From assembly GCA_963713045.1 (NCBI GenBank), contig CAVQKE010000006.1, positions 224,001-288,000 on the forward strand: DNA of 64,000 nt. The letters are read 5' to 3'. The position numbers and the translations under genes are program-made. The stretch is from an uncultured delta proteobacterium (GTDB lineage: Bacteria; Myxococcota; Myxococcia; Myxococcales; Myxococcaceae). A model generated the notes under the pieces. That model worked only from the letters and a program-made list of their open reading frames with translations. It was not told where the DNA came from and ran no database searches. This document shows positions 28,462-36,441 of the stretch, one piece after another; position 1 is the first letter of the stretch, and each line of letters starts with the position of its first letter.

Positions 28462-29136
28462 ATGGAAGAGGACGTCCAAGCCCAAAGTCCTTTGGCGGAA
28501 GCTCTCGGGGAGGGCGGTGACCTCCCCGGCCTTCCGGCGAGTCGCATCGAAGCCCTCTCCGACGGCGTGTTCGCCATCGCCATGACGTAGCTGGTGTTGG
28601 ACCTTCGGGTGCCCGACGTGTCGGGCGACACCGACAGCCTGCTTCGGGCCCTGGCGGGGATGTGGCCGAAGATGGCGGGCTTCGTGCTTGGCTTCGTCCT
28701 GCTTGGAACGGTGTGGGTCAATCACCACTACCAATTCCGCTACATTCGCCGGACCGACCGGACACTGCTGTGGGTCAACCTGCTCTTGTTGATGCTGGTC
28801 TCGGCGCTGCCCTTCGGGGTTGCACTGCTGGGCCACTATTGGGCCAGTCCGGTGGCGACCGCACTCTACGGCGCCTTCATGCTTGCCTCAGGGGCTTGTC
28901 TGTACGCTCAGTGGACGTATGCGACCCGCCACCCACGCCTCGTCACGAAAAGTCTCACCGCGTCGGTGAGCCGTGCACTGAAGAACCGAATTGTGCTCGG
29001 GTTGGTGGGCTATGGCATCGGCTTCGCCTTCGCCTTTTTTTGGCCGAAGGGAAGCATCCTCATCTACGTCCTGATGCCCGTGCTGTACCTCTTCCCGGGG
29101 AGGATTGAGTGGCACCTCCATTCGGCACCTGAGTGA
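28462..29136 (+). pseudogene. TMEM175/DUF1211 family channel interrupted by in-frame TAG (28588-28590)
   Basis: RIEALSDGVFAIAMT*LVLD: the stop replaces a conserved Leu. W.NHH.QF and the remaining frame are intact. Confidence 0.85.
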
Positions 29137-29180
29137 AGGCCGCGGCCGCTCCCTCGCTAAAGCGTCGTTCTCGTGCCGGC

Positions 29181-29387
29181 CTAGCTGCAGCCGGTGCACG
29201 TTCCCGCTCCCATGCAGTACTCAACGTATTCGGTGCAGGCCGTGTTCGGGTCGGGTGCCTGGATGATGAGCTGCTGCAAGGGCTCCCCGTTGCAGAAGCC
29301 GTTGCAGGTGTAGTCATTTTGGGTCGGGCCGGTGGAGCCACAGCCCACACCTGCCACTGCAACGGCTGTCGCCAGAGTCAGCCTCAT
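29181..29387 (-). CDS. Small Cys-rich lipoprotein
   Basis: VGC lipobox; six further Cys in the ~52-aa mature part. Confidence 0.65.
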   Translation of the reverse strand: MRLTLATAVAVAGVGCGSTGPTQNDYTCNGFCNGEPLQQLIIQAPDPNTACTEYVEYCMGAGTCTGCS

Positions 29388-29538
29388 GCGTCTACGGTTC
29401 AAGCGGGGCACACCTCCCAACGGGGAAAGCCCGACAGCATCGCCGGGGCCGACTTCGGATGTCGAGGAAACAAGGACCCGACGGCCGTTCCGCCGCCCTC
29501 CAGGCAGACGTTTGTCCGCGTTGGCCCGAGGGGAGGCT

Positions 29539-30441
29539 CTACGTGTCGTCCGACGAGGAGTGGGCCAGCACCGACGTTAAGCTGAGTGCCAGCTCGGGGC
29601 CCAGAAGCCGCATCAAGCTTTCCAGCTCCGGTGGACCCAACTTGAAGCGTTGCTCGAGTCGCCCTCGCGTCTTCGTCAAGAGAGCCTCGCGGGCGTGGCT
29701 GAGCCGCCGAGAAATGGTGGACTTGTTCACCTGGTAGACGGCGCCAATTTGATTGAAACTCAACCCGTCGAGGAAGTGAAGCTTGAGAAGGCTGCGGTGC
29801 TGCGCGCTCAGCTCCGCCATCGACTCCTTGAGCGCCGCACCGAAGTCGGGGCCGTAGCGGGCGAGGAGGAGGTCGAACTGGATGTCGGCAGTCGGAGCCG
29901 CGACATCCAGCTGCGAGTCAGCCGCCAGCTGGTCCGGGGCCCGGCGGGCGCTTCGTCGCGCGTTGAGGGCAAGTCGAAGTGCTGCTGCCCGGACCCAGTG
30001 CTCCAGCGAGCCCCGGCCCGCGTATTCGAGAATGCGGGGCTCGCCTGGCGCTGCCACTAAAATCCGCTCCAACAGCTGCTGCGTCACTTCCTCGACAAAC
30101 GCCGCAGACGCCTCCACGCCGCGCACGGTGGAGATGGCGATGGGAACGAATTCTGCCTGAAACAGCCGAAGCGCCTCGGGGTCGCCGTGCCCGCAGCCGA
30201 AGGCGAGGCACAGGTCGCTGAGGTGCAGCCGGTCGAGCTCGGCCTCTGGGGTTCGGCTGCGCGCCAGGTGGGTGGCCCAATGCTCGACGAATGCCTCGGT
30301 ATCGACGCGAAAGCTGGGTCTCGCTTCGAGCGCCGTCGCCAACAGTGTGCCTAGTTGCTCGTCGATGCCGGGGCGGCTGCGCAAATCGGAGGCCCGAGGA
30401 AGCTTGGCCCAAAACACACTCGAGTGCGGAAAGGCATTCAC
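29539..30441 (-). CDS. Myxobacterial kinase-associated sigma-70 family factor (TIGR03001-like)
   Basis: DL.LA..C..GD..AL..F, Y.GRG.L..WVR, LL.LHFLDGLS...IG..Y.V..STISR motifs. Confidence 0.88.
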   Translation of the reverse strand: MNAFPHSSVFWAKLPRASDLRSRPGIDEQLGTLLATALEARPSFRVDTEAFVEHWATHLARSRTPEAELDRLHLSDLCLAFGCGHGDPEALRLFQAEFVPIAISTVRGVEASAAFVEEVTQQLLERILVAAPGEPRILEYAGRGSLEHWVRAAALRLALNARRSARRAPDQLAADSQLDVAAPTADIQFDLLLARYGPDFGAALKESMAELSAQHRSLLKLHFLDGLSFNQIGAVYQVNKSTISRRLSHAREALLTKTRGRLEQRFKLGPPELESLMRLLGPELALSLTSVLAHSSSDDT

Positions 30442-30472
30442 GGACGCTGGGTAACGGGCGGCAGGTTGGCTT

Positions 30473-32410
30473 TCATTCGTACCGAAACCGGAGCCATCCG
30501 AGCCACACCAGCCCTAAAAGCGAGGTGAGGGTGAGGCTCCACCGAAGCCAGGCGGAGGAGAGGCCAGCTTCCGGGACCAGCTCTCGGTAAACGAAAGCTT
30601 CACCGGCTGGCGTGTGCGAGCCCGGCGCGCCCAGCCGCACTCCATAGACGACGAGGTCGCGCCCCGGCACGCGTAAACGCTCGACGCGCCCAACGGCTGG
30701 CACGCTCGCCCATCTGGCCCCCGCCCACCCGCCGTCTGGCGCATGGAGCGCGATGTTGGCGCCCGCCGCGCGGCTGAGCTCGTGGAGCAGCCCGCCGCCA
30801 AGCCAGCTACCGGTGAGCATCGCGCCCACCACCGACGCCCCGCGGATGACGGGTCGCGCCGAGACGAGCAGCAGGTCATCCGGGCGGGTGGGTCTCGTCA
30901 GGGGAATGTCAATCTGCTGCAGCGTTCTGCTGGACCACAGTTCATCCGCCGAGACCTGGTCCATGGTTCCCACCAGCAAGGGAAGCGGTGGGGCAGCGGC
31001 TCCGTAGGCTTCGAGATCAGCGAGGTTGAGAATGACTCGTCCCCAAGCGTTCACCAGCAGCAGCGCATCCCGGTCCTTCAAGCCCGGCAAGTCGGCCGAA
31101 CGCATCACCTCATGGGCCTCCGCGAATTGCTCCTCCTTGGAGGCGTTCTCCGCCAGCCCGAGGGCGGCGTCCATGTTGCTGGCCTGCCCAAAGGCGTCGA
31201 GGACGCCCTCAGCGTGAAGGCCCAAGCTGGCCTGGAGGTCAATCAGGTCATGCTGCGCGCGAAACAGCTCGGGCAGCCGCTGACCCGCGGCGGTGAGCTC
31301 ATGCTCGACCCGAAGCACCTCCTGCGCGTGTCGTCCCCACAAGCCAACGGTGAAAAGCAATATGGCGGCCATGCCGAGAAGCGTCCTCGTCTGGAAGGGC
31401 CGCCGGGCCTCGCGCAGCGCGGCCACCAAAGCGTCCATCGACGACCAGCGCGCTGCCGGCTCTGTCTCCAGTCCCCGGGCCAGCACACGTCCGACTCCTG
31501 CCGGGACGCGGACTCGGGTGCGCACCGGGGCCGCGGATGCCGCCGGCTGCGCGGGCGCCGGGCCGGAGTGGCGTCGAATGGGTCGGCTGCCGTAGAGCGC
31601 CTCGTACAGCGCGACGCAGAAGCTGTATTGGTCTGTCCGGGTGTCCGCCGGTGCCCCCCGCCACTGCTCGGGCGCCATGTAGGCTGGCGTGCCGGCAATG
31701 CGAGTGTCGGTCGCGTTCGCCGCTCGTGCCAGGCCGAAGTCGGTCACTCGGACCCGGCCGTCATCGCCCACCAGGACATTTTCGGGCTTGAAGTCGCGAT
31801 GAATGATGGCGGCGTTGTGTGCCGCGGCGAGGCCCGTTCCGGCCGCCAGGTACAGCTCGAGGACGCGCCGCGGGCGCATCTCGGGGGCCGCTTGCGCGCT
31901 TCGCAGCGTCTGGCCGCGGACAAACTCCATCGCGAAGAAGACTTCCTCCTGCCACGTCCCAACGTCAAAGACGGTGATGATGTTGGGGTGGGACAGCCGG
32001 GCCATGGCTTGAGCTTCGTCCAGCAGCTGGGAGCGACCGAGTCCGGAGTCCGGAGTTGCCAAGTCGGCGCGCAGCAGTTTCACGGCGACTTTCCTATCCA
32101 GCTCCGGGTCATAGGCGCTGTACACCACCCCCATGCCGCCGCGCCCAATCGGGTCGATGACGACATAGCGCGACAGATTGGTGCCTCGGGGGAGCGACCG
32201 GTCCGGCGCCTCGTCCGGCTCCGCACTCACCAACGTCCGCACCAGCCCCGCCACCAGCTCCCGACACACGTCGCAGGTGTCGAGGTGGGCCCGGACTACC
32301 TCCCGCTCCTCGTCCCGCGTTTCGGCCGCGAGGTACAAGGCGACGCCGTTTTCATCGAGGCACGGGATGGAAACTGGGTCTCCCGAGTGCTCGTCCGCTG
32401 AAGTGCTCAT
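30473..32410 (-). CDS. Ser/Thr kinase: N-terminal HxxxCxxC finger, kinase, TM, extracytoplasmic Cache-like domain, C-terminal TM
   Basis: HLDTCDVC; GRGGMGVV, HRDFKPEN, DFG, GTPAYMAPE; two hydrophobic segments flank a ~260-aa domain. Confidence 0.9.
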   Translation of the reverse strand: MSTSADEHSGDPVSIPCLDENGVALYLAAETRDEEREVVRAHLDTCDVCRELVAGLVRTLVSAEPDEAPDRSLPRGTNLSRYVVIDPIGRGGMGVVYSAYDPELDRKVAVKLLRADLATPDSGLGRSQLLDEAQAMARLSHPNIITVFDVGTWQEEVFFAMEFVRGQTLRSAQAAPEMRPRRVLELYLAAGTGLAAAHNAAIIHRDFKPENVLVGDDGRVRVTDFGLARAANATDTRIAGTPAYMAPEQWRGAPADTRTDQYSFCVALYEALYGSRPIRRHSGPAPAQPAASAAPVRTRVRVPAGVGRVLARGLETEPAARWSSMDALVAALREARRPFQTRTLLGMAAILLFTVGLWGRHAQEVLRVEHELTAAGQRLPELFRAQHDLIDLQASLGLHAEGVLDAFGQASNMDAALGLAENASKEEQFAEAHEVMRSADLPGLKDRDALLLVNAWGRVILNLADLEAYGAAAPPLPLLVGTMDQVSADELWSSRTLQQIDIPLTRPTRPDDLLLVSARPVIRGASVVGAMLTGSWLGGGLLHELSRAAGANIALHAPDGGWAGARWASVPAVGRVERLRVPGRDLVVYGVRLGAPGSHTPAGEAFVYRELVPEAGLSSAWLRWSLTLTSLLGLVWLGWLRFRYE

Positions 32411-33072
32411 TGCGGCTCGTATCCGGCCCGCGCCCGGTATGGGCGGCCGAACTTGTCGAGGTGGGTGGGGTTGAAGACGCGGGGGTTGAGAGCCAGCTCA
32501 AGGGGCTTGGTTGGCTTGTTCTCCCCGACGGTGACCTCGGTCTCAAACGGCTCGACGGTACGCCCCCAGGCATGCAGTGGGTAATGGCCCGGTGGCACGT
32601 CGTGGATGACGAAGTGCCCGTGCTCGTCCACCAAGGCGAAGGCCCGGTTGGGCAACACCAGCACGTTGGCAAACATCGTTTCGTGGATGTTGCAGTAGAC
32701 GTCCACCAGCCCTGGGGTGGGGAAAGACACTTCGCGGGTTTGACCTGGCCCAGGCTTTCCCAGGTCAAAGGCCCGTGCCGCGGAGGTAGAGAAGACGTTG
32801 TGCACCACCGGGTCATCGTTGGTGAATTGCACCGACTGCCCAGCGACGATGACGCGAAGGCTGGGGACAAACGTCTTATTTTTTTGAGAGATGGACGGCG
32901 AGCCTGGAAGGGGCGGCTGACGAAACCCGGTGAGGTACACCACAATTGGCTGTTGTGCGCCGGCAGCTTCGCCCGCAGGGCCAGCGAAGCGGACAGAGCC
33001 CTCTACGTCAGCCGCCGCAGCGGGCAGGGCCACGCTTCCCGCCAGCAAGACGGCTAGAAGGTAATGCCCCAC
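32407..33072 (-). CDS. Secreted cupredoxin + carboxypeptidase-regulatory-like domain protein
   Basis: F.N.D...HNVFS and YCNIHETM (type-1 Cu ligand pattern); G.F.I.DVPPG.Y. Start inferred. Confidence 0.85.
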   Translation of the reverse strand: MGHYLLAVLLAGSVALPAAAADVEGSVRFAGPAGEAAGAQQPIVVYLTGFRQPPLPGSPSISQKNKTFVPSLRVIVAGQSVQFTNDDPVVHNVFSTSAARAFDLGKPGPGQTREVSFPTPGLVDVYCNIHETMFANVLVLPNRAFALVDEHGHFVIHDVPPGHYPLHAWGRTVEPFETEVTVGENKPTKPLELALNPRVFNPTHLDKFGRPYRARAGYEPQ

Positions 33073-33860
33073 AGGACTTTCGGAAGGAAGCGGTTGGAAT
33101 TGTTGGTCAGGCCGAAGAGCGTCCCAAAGGTGACCCAAATTTGCCCGCGCGTCCAAGCGACGGAGGGCCCAAGAAAGAGCTGTGCGAGGTTGGGGTAGGG
33201 GTAGGGATAAGGGTATTCGACCCGCGTGTACGCCAAGGGCAGCTGACCGTCGAGCTCGGCCGCCAGCCGAAACTCCTGCCCCACGGGCACGGAGACCCCC
33301 ACCGCAGCTGTGCCAAGCGCAAAGAAGTGCCCCGAGGAGGAGGCAACTAGCTTCGGGAAACCGAGCTGCACGCCGACATTGAGCGTTCCTTGGACGCCTT
33401 TGGGGCTTCCATAGGTGGCGACCAGGAGCACTTTGAGCTCCGGAGGGCCGACGTAGCTGCTGAGCGGCTGTTGGTACTCGACGCGGAGCAGGGGCTGCAG
33501 GCCCTCTTCCTGCTCACGAGGAAAGAGGCGGTAGCGCGCGACGAGGCTGATGGAGTCGAGGTACACTTTGTTTGGGTAGCCCACCACCACCAGCGGAAGC
33601 GACATCTCAAGGTGCGGGCTAATCCCCACCGTGGGGCCGAACCAAATCCAATTGGTGACAGGAAGTCCCGGCGTGGACGGAATCTGTCCTTGCGACCACA
33701 CCCAGTTCTCTAACTCGACGTCTCCCTCCGGGAGAATTTGCGTTTCGTCGACGAAGAGGTGGCTGGTTCGGTCGGCGAAAGCAGAAGGGGCACCAAGCGC
33801 GAGCGCCAAAAGAAGAGCCCGGCCAGCGCGGAAGCCGACGCGTGCGCGCCACCTCGCCAT
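33054..33860 (-). CDS. Secreted, probable outer-membrane beta-barrel protein
   Basis: Signal peptide ending AFA; amphipathic strands; terminal Phe (WGITF). Confidence 0.7.
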   Translation of the reverse strand: MARWRARVGFRAGRALLLALALGAPSAFADRTSHLFVDETQILPEGDVELENWVWSQGQIPSTPGLPVTNWIWFGPTVGISPHLEMSLPLVVVGYPNKVYLDSISLVARYRLFPREQEEGLQPLLRVEYQQPLSSYVGPPELKVLLVATYGSPKGVQGTLNVGVQLGFPKLVASSSGHFFALGTAAVGVSVPVGQEFRLAAELDGQLPLAYTRVEYPYPYPYPNLAQLFLGPSVAWTRGQIWVTFGTLFGLTNNSNRFLPKVLWGITF

Positions 33861-33987
33861 GTTGCCTCCGGCTGGCACGTTGTTGCGGACTCGTCCGAGG
33901 AAGGCAGAAGCCGCCCGACTGACCAGCGCGGCGCATGCTAACCGAGGTGGCCGTCGAAGGTGAGACGCGCGCGACGAGGAGCGTCGG

Positions 33988-34722
33988 TTAACTCGGGGCG
34001 CCCGAAGCGGCCGCCAAGCTTTCGCTGAGCCAGCGTCGGGCGGCCGCGGTGTCCACACCCAGCGTCTCGAAGCCTGGGAAGACGACGCTTTGGAGCGTCT
34101 CGACGTACACCTGCTTTCGCATCGCCTGGGGAACGACGCCCTGCCGCAGCAACTCCGGGTCATCCGCTGCCGCCTCCGCAGCGGTGAAGATTTCTGGACC
34201 GGCACTGCCCTCAATCATCCCCGGCAGCAGCGGTCCCAAAAAGCTGAAGTCCACGCGTGGTCGAGCCCAGGCGAGGTAGGCCCACCCCAGGCGGCTGTGG
34301 TGGACTTCGTCTCGCGCGAGCTCATGCAGGACGGCCTTCAGCTCCCGGCTACCGGCACCTTCGAGAAGCGTCACCAGACTCGCCATGCTTTGCGTCTCGG
34401 CGACGCAACACTGCGCGACCACCTCATAGGTGAGACGCTCGCGTTCCGCCCAGGTTTTCGGGGCGTATTCGACGACGCGGTCGACGGCGGTCAGCTGGGC
34501 GCCACCGACTTCGCGGAAGATGCGCTCACAGTGCGCCGCGTGGCGCGTCTCGTCCTTGGAAGCGCGCTCGGCCAATTCAAAGACCGCCCGCGGTGCGCCA
34601 AAGGCCTCCAGCCGGTGGGACAAAACGCCGAAGCGAAGCGACGCTTCAGTTTCAATTCGGTAGCGGAGGCCCCAGGTGCGAGCGACCACCTGCTGCAGCG
34701 GCGGCCCCAACGGTGGCTTCAC
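33988..34722 (-). CDS. Ferritin-like diiron protein
   Basis: E...DETRH...E...DEVHH four-helix diiron pattern; no signal peptide; GTGA overlap with the upstream peptide. Confidence 0.85.
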   Translation of the reverse strand: MKPPLGPPLQQVVARTWGLRYRIETEASLRFGVLSHRLEAFGAPRAVFELAERASKDETRHAAHCERIFREVGGAQLTAVDRVVEYAPKTWAERERLTYEVVAQCCVAETQSMASLVTLLEGAGSRELKAVLHELARDEVHHSRLGWAYLAWARPRVDFSFLGPLLPGMIEGSAGPEIFTAAEAAADDPELLRQGVVPQAMRKQVYVETLQSVVFPGFETLGVDTAAARRWLSESLAAASGAPS

Positions 34723-34913
34723 CAGCCGCCCGGGCCTCCCGGCATTCCAGGGTTACCCGACGTCCCGCCGTCCGCCACGCCGCCGTCTGGAAGCGTCGTG
34801 CCGCCGGTGGTGGTTCCTCCGGTGGGGTCAGTCGTTGTACCGCCGCCACAGTGCGTGACGCCGAGGGCCGTGCCCGCGAGCACCAGCGCATGGAACAATT
34901 TCTTCAGTTTCAC
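34719..34913 (-). CDS. 64-aa Gly/Thr-rich putative lipopeptide ending in GGW
   Basis: GAGGAGG RBS; MKLKKLFHALVLAGTALGVTHC signal; stop overlaps the next start. Confidence 0.8.
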   Translation of the reverse strand: MKLKKLFHALVLAGTALGVTHCGGGTTTDPTGGTTTGGTTLPDGGVADGGTSGNPGMPGGPGGW

Positions 34914-35057
34914 GTGTCTGCCTCCTCGAAACTGCAATCTGTTCCCTAAGACACCAACCGCAGGAGCCGTTGCAGGTTTCGCGGCAAAAGTGCTTGCCAA
35001 GACCCGTCAGACGCGGAATAGCGCTTTGTTAGTCATTTTGCCTACCGGGGGTCCTGT

Positions 35058-35774
35058 ATGACGGCGTTGAGTCGGGTTGCTGTGTGCTTTTTTACACTCT
35101 CCGCCGCCGTGGCATCGGCGCAGTACCAGCCGTTTCCACAAGCACCGCTCCCGCCCCCCGCCCCGACTGCGGCGGCGGCCAACACTGCGGTGGCAATTAC
35201 CCAAGCCCGCCAGCGAAACGCGCAGTTGATGCAGCGCTACAGCTGGAACGAGCGCATCGACGTCCAACAAGGCGGCCAGCAAAAGGACCTCCGCATCGAG
35301 GTGTGCACCTTTCTGGGCGGTATGAAGCAGTGCACCGTGCAGAACGACCAGCATGCACCGCTGCCGGGCGGTTTCTTCCGGCGGAATGCGGCCGAGAACA
35401 AAATCAAGGACTTTGAGAATTACCTGAAGGGCCTGAAGGCGGTTCTCGACCAGTACACGCTGCCAACGGCCGGGGCCATTCTCAACTTCCTCACCACCGC
35501 GCAGACGATGGGCCCCGGGCCCGAGGGTTACTTGACGACGGCCGGCAGCAACGTCGTCCAACCCAATGACTCACTCACCATTTGGACCAACGCCACCACC
35601 CGCCAGCCGGCCCGGATGTCCATCAACACCTACTACCAGGGGCAGGCAGTCCAGGTCACCGCCACCTTCCAGACCTTGCCCTCAGGGCTGAACTACATGA
35701 ATTACTGCACGGTGGAAGTGCCCGCCCAGCAGTTGCAGCTGATGATTCAGAACTTCGACTTCGTTCCGAACTGA
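35058..35774 (+). CDS. Secreted hypothetical protein
   Basis: Signal peptide ending ASA; GC3-biased codons. Confidence 0.75.
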   Translation: MTALSRVAVCFFTLSAAVASAQYQPFPQAPLPPPAPTAAAANTAVAITQARQRNAQLMQRYSWNERIDVQQGGQQKDLRIEVCTFLGGMKQCTVQNDQHAPLPGGFFRRNAAENKIKDFENYLKGLKAVLDQYTLPTAGAILNFLTTAQTMGPGPEGYLTTAGSNVVQPNDSLTIWTNATTRQPARMSINTYYQGQAVQVTATFQTLPSGLNYMNYCTVEVPAQQLQLMIQNFDFVPN

Positions 35775-35778
35775 CGCC

Positions 35779-36186
35779 TCAGGCGCAAGCCATTCCCAGC
35801 TGCAGCTGCGCCTGGTGCACATGCTGCAGCAGCCGGGGGATGTCGATGGGCTTCTCCAGTCTCCCCACCACCAGCGGGTGGTGAGCTGCGGCCTGCTCGA
35901 CGCGCGCGCTGGCGGACACCAGAACGACGCGGAGGAAGGTGGCGGCGCGAGGGTGCAGCTGGGCGAGCATCTCGACGCCATTTCTCCCGGGCAGCATCAT
36001 GTCCAGCACCACCACCACCGGCTCGGCCACCAGCCGCAGCAGCGTCGCGGCCTCCTCGGCGTCGCAAGCCGTGAGAACGGTGTGGCCGACCGCCTCCAGC
36101 TGCTCGCGCAGAAACGTCCGGACGAGTGCATCATCGTCGACGACGAGTAGCACCGAGAAGTCTGGGTCAGCCTCGGCCGGAGACAT
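35779..36186 (-). CDS. Single-domain response regulator receiver
   Basis: VVDDD, LDMMLP..NG, SA and KP motifs. Confidence 0.9.
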   Translation of the reverse strand: MSPAEADPDFSVLLVVDDDALVRTFLREQLEAVGHTVLTACDAEEAATLLRLVAEPVVVVLDMMLPGRNGVEMLAQLHPRAATFLRVVLVSASARVEQAAAHHPLVVGRLEKPIDIPRLLQHVHQAQLQLGMACA

Positions 36187-36441
36187 TTGACGAAAGTCTA
36201 GCTCGGTCCTTCGTATCCGCGCGAGGAAGCGCCAGTCTGGGGCTTCACCTGCCGGGCGCAGCTCTGCGTGTTGGACCTACGTTTGCGCGCACCGGAGTGC
36301 CCACTCGACAGGGCCTCCGCGCCGCTGCTTTGGGCGCCACCGCAGCGGCGCGCGCGGACGGTTGGTGCCTTTTCGTGCGCCCGGGTGGAATAGATTGCGC
36401 CCGGCCGGGGGCTCGGTGCCCGTCCTCAAGAGGATCCGCTC

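Noticed and set aside
30743..32401. Long antisense ORFs (also 47477-49258, 21375-22418, 50993-52063)
   Set aside because: Typical high-GC shadow frames opposite well-supported genes.
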